From Candidatus Fermentibacterota bacterium (lineage in GTDB: Bacteria; Fermentibacterota; Fermentibacteria; Fermentibacterales; JCC-6), in assembly GCA_963845085.1 (NCBI GenBank), contig CAWJQI010000001.1, positions 128,001 through 192,000 of the forward strand: a DNA stretch of 64,000 nucleotides, given 5' to 3'. A model generated the notes under the pieces. That model did not search any database and was not told where the DNA came from. It saw only the letters and a program-made list of their open reading frames with translations. How positions within the stretch are numbered: position 1 is the first letter of the stretch; each line of letters opens with the position of its first letter. A program made the position numbers and the translations under genes. Below are positions 40,264 to 50,803 of the stretch, one piece after another.

Positions 40264-42169
40264 TTTCACCGGGGCACGGCACTCCGTCCCGATCCCATCC
40301 CCGCATGGCGTAGAGCTTCTGCAGTTCGGCCCGGAACGCTTCCGCGTCCAGCCCCGCCGCCTCGCCGATGAAGGGGTTCACAAGGTTTTCCTTCGCTTCG
40401 AAATAGGGTATCAGCGACTCGTCATCGGCCCTTGAGCGGCCGAAATTCCGTATCAGAAGGCGTCGCTCGAGACTGAGCACCCTGGCGCTCGCGGCGTCCA
40501 GTTCTGTGTCGTTCCATCCGATGCCGGTGAGCGCGTTGAACATGTGCCGCTCGAAGGACGGGCCCTCCATGTCGCCCGCACGGGCAAAGTTGTCTTCCGT
40601 GCGGTTTGAGTAGATGCGGGGGAAGACCTGGTCGCCGACGGTCAGCGAGTCCTTCATCACGGACCGGTTGCCGTGCCAGGCGGCTGCCAGGGCCTTCCCC
40701 TCGTAACCGCTCTTCGGGTCCGCACAGGCCTTCGTGCCGTAGACCCGTTCGGAAACCTCCATAATCCGCTCCCAGGAGAGGCCGTGGACCGGAGAGCATA
40801 TCCTGCTCCACCCCATGATGTTCTGCGCGTAGCCATGGGCGCTCGAAATGGGATCGCGTGTGTCGATGGCCCACTGCAGCGCCGAAACGACCCAGTACGG
40901 GAAGAATACGTAGTTGATATGGTCGCCGTGGCCGTCCCAGTGCCCGGCGTATCCCCAGGCCGGAAACAGCTGACCGAGCCGTTCGTTCCCGATTCCGAGT
41001 TCGCGGCTCGCCCTCACAGTGCCCTCGGCGAGCGCACTTCTCACCCTTCCCTGCCTCCTCGAGATCCCCATCAGAAGGTGTGACCAGAAGTGCGGGTCAT
41101 CGGGGTCGATCCGAACTCCGTCCACTTCGTCAAGTGTACCGTCGCGCGCAAGGCTTCGAAGCCAGGGCATCATTCCGATGAGGATCTCCCAGTGGTTCAA
41201 CCCCTCGTCGTTCGCTATCTGTCCGATCTCGAAACCGGCCTCGAAGCCGATCTTCCAGTCGTAGAAGCTGTTCGAAATCCCCGGGAACAGCCCGGCGACG
41301 CAGTCCATCTGGCCGGACAGTGTCCTGCCGGGGCTGAGTACTGCCGGAACGCTCGTATAGAAGCGAGCATCGTAGCAGCGGACGGCGCACCCCTGTGTGC
41401 AGGCCTGGAATTTCTGGCCGAACATCCGCACCCTGTGGGGATCGAGCTTCGGTTCATGAGGCCAGCCGTGGGAACCGTGCGCCTCGGCGCGCACAAGGTC
41501 GCAGACCTGCCCGAACCGTTCGGGTTCGGCCACCGGGATCGGCAGACCGCCCTTCACGGCTATCGCCTTCAGGTTTTTCGAGCCCATCACGGCCCCGAAT
41601 CCCCCCTGCCCCGAGGCGCTCTCGGTCTCGGTGGCGATGATGGCGATCCGGCAGAGGTTCTCCCCGGCGGGGCCGATGGCCAGCACCCTCCATCCCGGAC
41701 CGTCCATCAGCCGTTTCTGGGTCTCGTAGATGCCGAGACCCCAAAGTCCCGACGCATCGCCCAGGGTGCACCGACCGTTCTCAATCCTCAGGAAGACGGG
41801 GCTCGAAGCCCTTCCCGTAATGACGACCCCGTCGAAGCCTGCATGCTTGAGGGTCGGACCCCAGTGCCCTCCGAAGGACGAACGGGTGTACCATTCGTGC
41901 GGATAGCCCTGCGCAGACAGCCCGCAGACCGTCGTTCTCCCCGAGAACGGCGCGGATGTGCCCGAGAGGGGGCCGGTGAGGATCATGAGCGGGTTTTCAG
42001 GGCTGAAGGCGCCCGTGCCGGGGCGGATGATGTCGAATGCCATCCTGGCGGCCATCGCCCTTCCCCCGTACCAGTCCGGAAGAAGGTCGGCGGTATCCTG
42101 CATTTCGAAGGAACGCCTGGTGAGATCGACGTGCAGAAGCCTGCCTGCGTACCCGCCGAAACCGTTCAT
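40250..42169 (-). CDS. Aldehyde:ferredoxin oxidoreductase family (W/Mo-pterin) protein
   Basis: GYAG..L.VDL, LKHAGFDG, IGPAGENL, GFGAVMGSKNLKAIAV, CTQGCAVRC, Y..RGWD..G.P. Confidence 0.9.
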   Translation of the reverse strand: MNGFGGYAGRLLHVDLTRRSFEMQDTADLLPDWYGGRAMAARMAFDIIRPGTGAFSPENPLMILTGPLSGTSAPFSGRTTVCGLSAQGYPHEWYTRSSFGGHWGPTLKHAGFDGVVITGRASSPVFLRIENGRCTLGDASGLWGLGIYETQKRLMDGPGWRVLAIGPAGENLCRIAIIATETESASGQGGFGAVMGSKNLKAIAVKGGLPIPVAEPERFGQVCDLVRAEAHGSHGWPHEPKLDPHRVRMFGQKFQACTQGCAVRCYDARFYTSVPAVLSPGRTLSGQMDCVAGLFPGISNSFYDWKIGFEAGFEIGQIANDEGLNHWEILIGMMPWLRSLARDGTLDEVDGVRIDPDDPHFWSHLLMGISRRQGRVRSALAEGTVRASRELGIGNERLGQLFPAWGYAGHWDGHGDHINYVFFPYWVVSALQWAIDTRDPISSAHGYAQNIMGWSRICSPVHGLSWERIMEVSERVYGTKACADPKSGYEGKALAAAWHGNRSVMKDSLTVGDQVFPRIYSNRTEDNFARAGDMEGPSFERHMFNALTGIGWNDTELDAASARVLSLERRLLIRNFGRSRADDESLIPYFEAKENLVNPFIGEAAGLDAEAFRAELQKLYAMRGWDRDGVPCPGENDGI

Positions 42170-42651
42170 GCCTGCCCCTTCCCAAGCAAAGGGTCCTGTT
42201 CCCCTGGCGGGATGCCCCGGAAGGCAAACAACGGGTCGGATCGTTCGATGTAACGCAGGACGCCGAAAGTGCATGCAGCCGTGCAGCGGGGGTGTCCGCC
42301 GCAAAGGTCGCATTTGACCGGCTCGTTGAGGTCGTCCCTCCAGAATATCGCCCGGAAGGGGCAGGCCTGAACGCACTTTCCGCACCTGATGCACAACCCG
42401 GTGTCGATCAGCCATGCTCCGGTCTCACCCGACCTGGACAGCGCACCGGCAGGACAAGCCTCGGCACATGCGGCCTTTTCGCACTGCCTGCAGTAAAGAT
42501 GCCTGTGCAGTCCGCCGAATGGGTCGAGCTCGATGACTATTGCGGATGCCCCTGGAACGTGGTCGCACGCCCTGGCCTGGGCGCAGACCACCATGCAGTT
42601 CAGGCAACCCGTGCAGGGAAATGGGTTTACGGAAAGCCGTCTGGGATCCAT
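42166..42651 (-). CDS. 4Fe-4S dicluster ferredoxin-like subunit
   Basis: CTGCLNC..VC, CRQC...C...CP, CIRCGKC...CP, KCDLC...C...C; GGAGGA RBS. Confidence 0.9.
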   Translation of the reverse strand: MDPRRLSVNPFPCTGCLNCMVVCAQARACDHVPGASAIVIELDPFGGLHRHLYCRQCEKAACAEACPAGALSRSGETGAWLIDTGLCIRCGKCVQACPFRAIFWRDDLNEPVKCDLCGGHPRCTAACTFGVLRYIERSDPLFAFRGIPPGEQDPLLGKGQA

Positions 42652-42737
42652 GATCCTCCGATTCCGGAAGGCATGACAAACCGGGGACGCAGGATGGTCT
42701 ACCAAATGCCAGAACTCGAAGCCCGGATTATATAACC

Positions 42738-44912
42738 ATGATGAAGAGACGAATCACGGCCTTGACCGGGCAGGAAATCCAAGCCATTGCAAACGCGGCG
42801 ACTCCCGATCCGTTCCGGCTTCTGGGGATGCACCGGACAGCTGACGGCTTCGTTGAGGTAAGGGCATTCTGTCCGGGCGCCTCCTCAATGCTCCTCGTGC
42901 CCGACGTGGGTTCACCTTCACCCATGAACCTCGTGCACGCGGACGGGCTGTTCGTCTTCCGGTCGCTCACGAAGACCGACCCCTTCGCATACTGTTTGAC
43001 CGTCATCAGGGGCGATGTCTCCTGGACAACCCGTGACCCGTACTGCTTCCTCCCCCAGCTCGGGGAGATGGACCTGCACCTGTTCGGCGAGGGGCGCCAT
43101 CTCAACCTTCACCGGATAATGGGCGCCAGGGTCAGGTCGATAGGCGCCACCGCCGGCGTGCTCTTCGCCGTCTGGGCGCCGAACGCCCGTGCTGTAAGTG
43201 TGGTCGGGAGTTTCAACGACTGGGACTGCAGGCGTCATCCCATGAGGAACCGGGGCGCGAGCGGAGTATGGGAGCTTTTCATTCCCGGAGTCGCCCCCGG
43301 AGACCTCTACAAATTCAGCATCCTGCCGCCGGGGGGTGAAAGGCGCACCAAGGCCGATCCTTTCGCGCTCAGAAGCGAATTGAGACCGGGAACCGCTTCA
43401 ATCGTGGCCGATCCAGGCGCTTTCTGCTGGAGCGACGGTGATTGGCTTCTGTCACGGGGGCGGGTCGATCCGTTCGCAGCCAGGATGGCTATCTACGAGG
43501 TGCACGCCATGTCGTGGGCTGGCAGCGATGACAGCTTTCCGGGCTGGGACAGGCTGGGGGACTGGCTTATCCCCTATCTCGGCGGCATGGGCTTCACCCA
43601 CGTTGAACTGATGCCCGTCATGGAACATCCGTTCGACGGTTCATGGGGCTATCAGGTAACCGGTTTCTTCGCTCCGACGAGCAGGATGGGAAACCCCGAG
43701 GACTTCTGTCGTTTTGTCGACCGCTGCCATCGGGCCGGGATCGGGGTGATCCTCGACTGGACGCCCGCCCATTTCCCAATGGATGACTGGGCGCTGGCCC
43801 TTTTCGACGGAACGCACCTTTTCGAACACGAAGACCCGCGCCTGGGCGTTCATCCCGACTGGGGAACCCTGATTTTCAATTACGAACGGCGGGAGGTCAG
43901 GAACTTCCTTCTCGCAAGCGCCGTTCACTGGCTGGACACTTTTCATGCCGACGGGCTGCGTGTCGATGCCGTTGCTTCGATGCTGTACCGGGACTACTCC
44001 AGAAAGGAGGGCCAGTGGATCCCGAACCGTTACGGCGGCCGGGAAAACCTCGAGGCTGCCTCCCTTCTCCGGGAGATATGCCATGAGATCGGCTGCCGCT
44101 TCCCCGGAGCGCTGATGGTCGCCGAGGAGAGCACGGCCTGGCCGGGGGTGACCCGTCCGCCGGAGGCGGGCGGCCTTGGTTTCCACTTCAAGTGGAACAT
44201 GGGCTGGATGAACGACACCCTCGAGTACTTCAGCAGGGACCCGCTCTTCAGGAAGGGCCGCAGCGGGGGGATCACGTTCAGCGCGGTGTACGCCTGGAGC
44301 GAGAACTTCATTCTTCCCCTCTCGCACGACGAGGTGGTGCACGGCAAAGGCTCACTCTACGGAAAAATGCCCGGAGACGACTTCCGGAAGAGGGCCAACC
44401 TCAGGCTGCTGTTCTCATACCAGTGGCTGTTCCCCGGCAAACAGCTCCTCTTCATGGGCGGTGAGAGGGTGCAGCAGCACGAATGGAACCCCGAAGAACC
44501 CCTTCCAATGGGCGACACCCGCATGGAGAGGTTTGTGGCCTCGCTGAACGACCTTCAGCGCCGGTACCCCCAGCTTCACCTGGAGGACTGCAGGTATTCC
44601 GGTTTCAGGTGGGTGGACTTCTCGGATGAGGCTGCCTCTGTGATTTCCTTCCTCCGGATGGCAGAAGGCTTCGATCCCCTGCTGTGCGTTTTCAACATGA
44701 CACCGGTGCCCAGGGCGGGCTACCGGATCGGCGCCCCTCTGTCAGGCGAGTGGACCGTTGTTCACAACAGCGATTCCGGCGAGTTTGGAGGTTCGGGGCT
44801 TCCTGTCCCCGGCACCTTCACTGCCGAGCCCGTCCCCCTGCACGGTCTGGATGCCTGCGTCGAGCTTTCGCTGCCACCCCTCTCATGCATCGTCCTCGGG
44901 CACAGAGGCTGA
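42738..44912 (+). CDS. glgB: 1,4-alpha-glucan branching enzyme
   Basis: [51 protein letters not shown]. Confidence 0.96.
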   Translation: MMKRRITALTGQEIQAIANAATPDPFRLLGMHRTADGFVEVRAFCPGASSMLLVPDVGSPSPMNLVHADGLFVFRSLTKTDPFAYCLTVIRGDVSWTTRDPYCFLPQLGEMDLHLFGEGRHLNLHRIMGARVRSIGATAGVLFAVWAPNARAVSVVGSFNDWDCRRHPMRNRGASGVWELFIPGVAPGDLYKFSILPPGGERRTKADPFALRSELRPGTASIVADPGAFCWSDGDWLLSRGRVDPFAARMAIYEVHAMSWAGSDDSFPGWDRLGDWLIPYLGGMGFTHVELMPVMEHPFDGSWGYQVTGFFAPTSRMGNPEDFCRFVDRCHRAGIGVILDWTPAHFPMDDWALALFDGTHLFEHEDPRLGVHPDWGTLIFNYERREVRNFLLASAVHWLDTFHADGLRVDAVASMLYRDYSRKEGQWIPNRYGGRENLEAASLLREICHEIGCRFPGALMVAEESTAWPGVTRPPEAGGLGFHFKWNMGWMNDTLEYFSRDPLFRKGRSGGITFSAVYAWSENFILPLSHDEVVHGKGSLYGKMPGDDFRKRANLRLLFSYQWLFPGKQLLFMGGERVQQHEWNPEEPLPMGDTRMERFVASLNDLQRRYPQLHLEDCRYSGFRWVDFSDEAASVISFLRMAEGFDPLLCVFNMTPVPRAGYRIGAPLSGEWTVVHNSDSGEFGGSGLPVPGTFTAEPVPLHGLDACVELSLPPLSCIVLGHRG

Positions 44913-44958
44913 ACCCCGTTCCTTTTCATATACTTGCATCGTTCGAGAAGGGGGGGGG

Positions 44959-45375
44959 ATGAAATCCCATACCGCATACCTGTGGTTCCAGACCGCCGGC
45001 AGGATGGAATTCATCAACATCACTGACCGTGTGGAAGAAGAGGTCGCCGCAAGCGGTATAAGGGAGGGGCTGTGCCTGGTGAACGCAATGCACATCACGT
45101 CCAGCGTCTTCATCAATGACGATGAGCAGGGGCTTCTGTCGGATTACGGGAGGTGGCTCGAGAAGCTGGCCCCCCACGAACCCGGTCTCTACCGGCACAA
45201 CCTGACCGGCGAGGACAATGCCGATGCCCATCACAAGAGGCAGGTGATGGGAAGAGAGGTCGTCGTCGCGGTGACGGCGGGCAGACTGGATTTCGGACCC
45301 TGGGAGCGGATCTTTTATGGTGAGTTTGACGGACGCCGGCGCAAAAGGGTGCTGGTGAAGATCATTGGAGAGTAG
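44959..45375 (+). CDS. yjbQ: YjbQ/UPF0047 family protein
   Basis: [35 protein letters not shown]. Confidence 0.9.
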   Translation: MKSHTAYLWFQTAGRMEFINITDRVEEEVAASGIREGLCLVNAMHITSSVFINDDEQGLLSDYGRWLEKLAPHEPGLYRHNLTGEDNADAHHKRQVMGREVVVAVTAGRLDFGPWERIFYGEFDGRRRKRVLVKIIGE

Positions 45376-45384
45376 GAGACCGGA

Positions 45385-46086
45385 ATGCGAACACTTTTCA
45401 TTGTGCTGACCGCAGCGCTTGTGGCTGCGGCAGGTTGCGCGAACCAGGGGTATCCCCCCTATCCGCCCACGATAAGCGTGAACGGCATAGGCACGGCCTA
45501 CGCAGAACCTGAGATCGCCGTGATAAGTTTCGGGTTCAACGTAACCGAGAGCGACCCCGAGACAGCAGTCCAGACGGCGGCGGAGATGGCAGAATCGGCG
45601 ATCGCCGCAGCCGGTGAGGCTGGCATCCCCGCCGAGAACATCACCACGACAAGCTACTCCCTCTGGATCGAGGAGGAGTACGACTACAACACCTACGTCT
45701 ACACCGGAAACACCCTGTACCACCTTGACCACAGCATGCAGATCAAAACGGCCGACACCGAACAGGTCGGCGCGGTGCTCGCAGCACTTGTCGGTGGCGG
45801 AGCCAACACCATCCAGTCCGTGCAGTTCACGGTCGAGGACAGGGCAGCCCTCTACGCCCGTGCAAGGGAGATTGCGCTCAATGACGCGGCGCAGTCTGCC
45901 GGGCAGCTCGCTGAAAGCCTCAACGTGCGCATCAGCGGAGTCCAGAGTGTCAGCGAATGGGTCGACACCTACGCTGCCGATGCCGCCATGGGTTACTACG
46001 GCGACGGAGAGGCGATTCCGCCGGTCACGGGGGGAAGCCAGTCCATCACACTCAACGTCAACGTAGCCTACACCATAGAGCAGTGA
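45385..46086 (+). CDS. SIMPL (DUF541) domain lipoprotein
   Basis: Lipobox AAGC; ISVNG.G....PE.A, GAN.I..V.F, R..AL.DA. Confidence 0.88.
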   Translation: MRTLFIVLTAALVAAAGCANQGYPPYPPTISVNGIGTAYAEPEIAVISFGFNVTESDPETAVQTAAEMAESAIAAAGEAGIPAENITTTSYSLWIEEEYDYNTYVYTGNTLYHLDHSMQIKTADTEQVGAVLAALVGGGANTIQSVQFTVEDRAALYARAREIALNDAAQSAGQLAESLNVRISGVQSVSEWVDTYAADAAMGYYGDGEAIPPVTGGSQSITLNVNVAYTIEQ

Positions 46087-46096
46087 TTCCCGACTT

Positions 46097-46126
46097 TCCG
46101 CCCCCGTCGGTTCAGGCGGGGGCGGA
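46097..46126. terminator. GC-rich hairpin after the SIMPL gene
   Basis: TCCGCCCCCG...CGGGGGCGGA. Confidence 0.5.
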
Positions 46127-46429
46127 CTCCCTTCAAGCCCTGATCCTCGACGCATCTGTCGAATCGCTGGGACTTTTCTTTGCCGAGATAGGCCTGGAAG
46201 CTGCTCCGGACGAGGTCGTGCAATGGGAGACGGGCGATTTCATAGAGATCATCCAGGTCTACGGCGACTGCCGCTTCCCCGGGAAGGCGCCGGACAGTGT
46301 GAAGGTTTTCATGGGCGGTCTTCCCCTGCATCTGCTCGAGCCGGATCATCAGTGACCGGCATGACGTTCCTGCATCCCTGAACGCCCGCCCCCCTTGAAA
46401 ACCTCCGGTCCGGCGCCGTACTTGGGGGA

Positions 46430-49400
46430 ATGGAACACCTCTTTCTCATCCTTCTCGGGCAGGCCGTCACCATCACCGAGGTTTGCGCCGACCCTCTGAA
46501 CGAAACCTCCTGCGAATTCATCGAGCTTCATAATGCGAGAACCGGCACCTGTTCCAACCCAGGGCTTCTCCATAACCGACGGCGACGCGCTGGATCAGCT
46601 TCTGCCCTGGAACGAACAGGCGTACGGGGCTTTTCCCCACGCAGGGGTGGTCACGGGAACCGATTCGATCCCCGCGGGAGGGTGGGCAGTGGTGCTTGAA
46701 CTCGGTTACCTGCTCGATCCGTCCCTTTCCATAGCCCCCGGCACGGTGATCCTCACCACGGGCGACTACGCCCTGTGCAACGGCCTCGCCGCCTCTTCCG
46801 ACCCCCTCACCCTTTTCGGACCCGGTGGCACGGCCGGCTCCGACGTTCTTTCCACATTCGGCACCCCGGTTGAAACCGACGTGTGGGAGAACCGCGACGA
46901 TGACGGGCTCGACACGATTCCCTTCGATCCCGGCAACGGCCTTTCGGCAAACCTCTTCCCGCCCGGCTCCCCCGACGCCGAGGGCAGCTGGGTCGCAGCA
47001 TCTCCCACACCGGGAGGCCCGCCCGATTCCCCTCCCGACACCTTCGCGGTTTTCATCGAGGGGGTGTGGTTCAGCCCTTCCCAACCCGAGCCGGGCGAAG
47101 ACTGCGCACTTTTCGCCGTCTTTCACTGCTGGGGAACGGTTTCGCCGGACCAGGGCCTTCTCGAAATCTTCATCGATTCTGATGGCGATTCTCTCGCCGG
47201 GCCCGGTGAACCCTGGTCGTCATGGCCGGCCCAGATGCTCGAGCCCGGCTCGACCGACACCCTTTCAATGAGTTTCTCCGCCCCTGCGCGGGGGTGGTAC
47301 CTTGCCTCCGCCACGGCATGCGGGGCATACCTGGGCATCCCGCTTGCATCGGGGGGCGGGGTATCCCCGGTCATTACCGAGGTGATGGCAAACCCATGGG
47401 AGCAGGCCTCCCAGGAGTTCATCGAGGTTCACTACCCGGGCCCTGGCGTATTTCTGCTCGGTGGATGCAGCTTCACCGACGGCGATGCGGTCGACATTGT
47501 CACGCCGCTTTCCGGAACCTCGCTTCTCGAGGGCGGCGCATGCGGCGTCATCCTCGACCCCGACTACTCCGGGGGGCTTCCCATTCCACAGGGAACACCG
47601 CTGTTCACCCCGGGCAATTCGTCACTGGGCAACGGCCTCGCCACAGATGACCCCGTGGTGCTTTACGACAGGAACGGAACCGGGGTTGAAAACATCCTCG
47701 GAACCGCGGGCACGCCCGCCCTGTCCAACGACCCTCTCCAGTGCGATGACGACGGGCTCGACGGCATACCCTTCAACCCCGGCCAGGGGCGAAGCATGGT
47801 GAGGATCAACCCCGCGGCACCCGACCGCGAGTACAACTGGGCCGCTTCCGGCGAGGGCGGTTCGCCGGGGTGGCTCGACGACTGCGGCGCAGGCGCTGAT
47901 GTAATGGCCGACACGATCATTGCGCCCGCCTGGGTGACTCCCATGTCTCCGTTCCAGCTGGCCGGGGTTTTCACATCGGTCGGGGCTGCCGCGGCCTCCA
48001 ACGTCGAGCTTTTCCTGTTCAACGACCTCGACGCCGATTCCTGTCCCGACGCCTCCGAGGTCATCACCACCGCATTCATAGACTCGCTTGCGCCCGGTGA
48101 ATCATTCACCCTTGAAGGAAGCGCCGTCCTGCCTGATCACGGTTTCTTCCTTCTGCGGGCCCTCGCGGACTGCAGCGCAGACACTGTTCCTGCCAACGAT
48201 CAGACAAGCGTCACCGTGATGTGCGGGGAAGGCTCGTTCCCCGTCATTACCGAGGTCATGTGCAACCCCTCCGACCAGTCCCGCGACGAGTTCATCGAGT
48301 TGTTCCTTCCCGGCCCGGGGGTTGTCGACCCCTCCATTTTTTCCCTCTCCGACGGCGATGCCGTGGATGCGCTCCACGGCGACTTCCTGATCTCGGGCAG
48401 GTACGCTCTCATCCTCGATCCGGATTACTTCTCGGGCGCGATGCCCCATGAGATCCCGCCCGGCACCCCCGTCGTCCTTCCGGGAAACTCAGCCATCGGC
48501 GACGGCCTGTCGGGCGGAGACCCCGTCTCCCTCATCTTCGGAACAACAGTCGTCTCCACCTACGGAACGCCCGATAACCCTGATGACGGCATTCCCTACG
48601 GCCCTGCCACAGACATGAGCATCGAGCTTTTGTCACCCGGCCTACCCGACGCCGAAGCGAACTGGTTTGTGAACCCGCTTGGCCCGTCCCCCGGGCAACC
48701 CCCCCTCGGGTTGTGCCAGGGCACCGATTACGGGATGAGAGGCCTGTGCCTCTCCCCACCCGCGGGAAACGAGGGGACCGCCGTTACGCTCCGGGCAACC
48801 GTTGAGTCACTGGGAACGGAAACCGGCGCCATCACGGTGCTCTTCTGGGCAGGTGGAACCGGGATCGGCTCGTCATCGCCACCGCCTCCAGCGCCGGGCG
48901 ACTCCGTGTGCGTCGAACTCCAATGGGTGTCATCGGGTTCCGGAACCCCGGTCGAAGCGCTGGTGCAGTGCGCAGAAGACGAAAACCCCGGGAACAACGG
49001 GAAGACTGTACCGTGGGATCCTGATCCCGGGCTTGCGATCAACGAGATCATGTACTCACCCGGAACACCCGGGCCCGAGTGGGTGGAGTTGTACAACGGC
49101 ACAGGGTCTTCCGTTGAACTCTCTTCATACGTCTTCTCCGACCCTGATGCAGCAGCGGCACTGCCCGGATACCTGTTGGAACCCGGCGCTTACGCCATCC
49201 TGTGCCCGGATGCGCAGGCGTTCAGCGACGCCTGGAGCGGCGTGCAGTGCGCCGTACTCACGCCCTCATGCTGGCCGACGCTCAACAACGCAGGTGACAC
49301 CCTCTCCCTCGGTGACGGCACATTGACGGACTGGGTCCCGTTCAGCGCGGACTGGGGGGGCGGAAGCAATGTAAGCCTTGAGCGCCGCTCCCCGGCGGAA

Positions 49401-49784
49401 CGGGGGTGGCTTGAGGAAAACTGGGGAAGCTGCACCGAAGGCGCCACACCGGGCAGGGCCAACAGCATCTGCGGACAGCAGGGAGGCCCGTTCCTTTCAG
49501 CCTGGCCCGAGGTCTTCTCCCCTGACGGGGACGGAGTAGACGACAGGATCGAAATAACCCTGAACGTACCCGGGCAGGGCTGTTCAGCCGAGGCAAGGGT
49601 GTACGACGTTACGGGGCGAGTCGTTGCCGAACTGTGGAACGGCCCCGTTCCGGGGGTGACCCTCGTGCTCTCCTGGGACGGCGCAGGCATGCCGGTCGGA
49701 CGCTACATCGTCTTCGCCTGCGCGAGGAACGGGAACAGCCTGCTGGAGGGTGCTCTTGTAAGGGTTCTTGCCCGGAGGCTCTAA
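46430..49784 (+). pseudogene. Large secreted multi-lamin-tail-domain protein with Ig/CARDB-like spacers and CTD; +1 frameshift near 46538 (real or assembly error)
   Basis: ORF 46430 gives the N-terminus and ITEVCADP..EFIELHN; ORF 46533 continues FSITDGDA; later repeats ITEVMANP, ITEVMCNP, INEIMY; CTD FSPDGDGVDD..YDVTGR..WDG..G.Y. Confidence 0.8.
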
Positions 49785-50746
49785 GACCGCCCGAACCTTG
49801 CCTTGAGCCTCTGCAGCATGTCGGCGGTCATGGCGGGAAGGTCCCAGGCGGGCTTCCACCCCCACTCTTCCCTGGCAGCCCTGTCGTCGATGCTGCTGGG
49901 CCAGGAGTCGGCGATGGCCTGCCTGAAGTCCGGTTCGTAGGTGACCCTGAAGCCGGGGATGTGGCGCCGGATCTCGGCTGCAAGCTCTCCGGCCGTGAAG
50001 GAAAGGGCTCCCACATTGAAATCGCCGTGATGCACCAGACGGGAATGGTCCGCCTCGGCAAGGTCGATGGTTGCCTTTATGCAGTCCGGCATGTACATCA
50101 TGGGGAGGGATGTGTCCTCCCTCACGAAACAGGTGTACTCGCCCTCCTGCACGGCCTTGTAGAAGATATCGACCGCGAAGTCGGTGGTGCCTCCCCCCGG
50201 AGGCGTTTCGGAGCTGATGATTCCGGGATAGCGCAGACCCCTTGCGTCGATTCCGAAGCGTCTGACGTAGTAGTCGCCCAGAAGCTCTCCGCATACCTTT
50301 GTCACGCCGTACATCGTCCGGGGTCTCAGGACTGTTTCCTGCGGGGTGTTGTCCCTTGGGGTTTCGGGGCCGAACACAGCGATGCTGCTCGGGATTACAA
50401 CCGTGCCCAGCTTCAGCTCAACCGCCAAATTGAGGATGTTGAGCGTGCCCTCCATGTTCACGCGCCAGCAGAGGGAGGGGTTCTTCTCGCCGGTTGCGGA
50501 GAGGATTGCAGCGAGGTGGTAAACGGTATCGATCCCGTAGCGTTTCATGATGGCGCCCGCCATTGCCGGGTTCGTGACATCGAGGGTGTCGCAGGGACCG
50601 GTTTGTGCAAGCGGGCCTTCAATGGTTCTGACATCGGTGGCAACAACGTTGTCACTGCCGTAACGCTCACGAAGCGCCAGGGTGAGTTCGCTTCCGATCT
50701 GACCCATCGCGCCGGTGACGAGGACTTTCGGGGTGGACTTGGTCAT
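49781..50746 (-). CDS. tdh: L-threonine 3-dehydrogenase, SDR (NAD-dependent epimerase) type
   Basis: GAMGQIGSEL, HLAAILSATGE, PSSIAVFG, YGVTK, PGGGTTD, IADSWP; kbl present in the window. Confidence 0.85.
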   Translation of the reverse strand: MTKSTPKVLVTGAMGQIGSELTLALRERYGSDNVVATDVRTIEGPLAQTGPCDTLDVTNPAMAGAIMKRYGIDTVYHLAAILSATGEKNPSLCWRVNMEGTLNILNLAVELKLGTVVIPSSIAVFGPETPRDNTPQETVLRPRTMYGVTKVCGELLGDYYVRRFGIDARGLRYPGIISSETPPGGGTTDFAVDIFYKAVQEGEYTCFVREDTSLPMMYMPDCIKATIDLAEADHSRLVHHGDFNVGALSFTAGELAAEIRRHIPGFRVTYEPDFRQAIADSWPSSIDDRAAREEWGWKPAWDLPAMTADMLQRLKARFGRS

Positions 50747-50803
50747 CAGGGCTCCTGTATGTGAAAATGGATTGAACCGGTTTTCAAAACAAGCCGCATG
50801 CTA

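Noticed and set aside
46068..46430. Possible small gene on the minus strand (46068-46349) or plus strand (45957-46355)
   Set aside because: No clear RBS or family motif; overlaps the SIMPL gene end and hairpin; cannot be supported without homology
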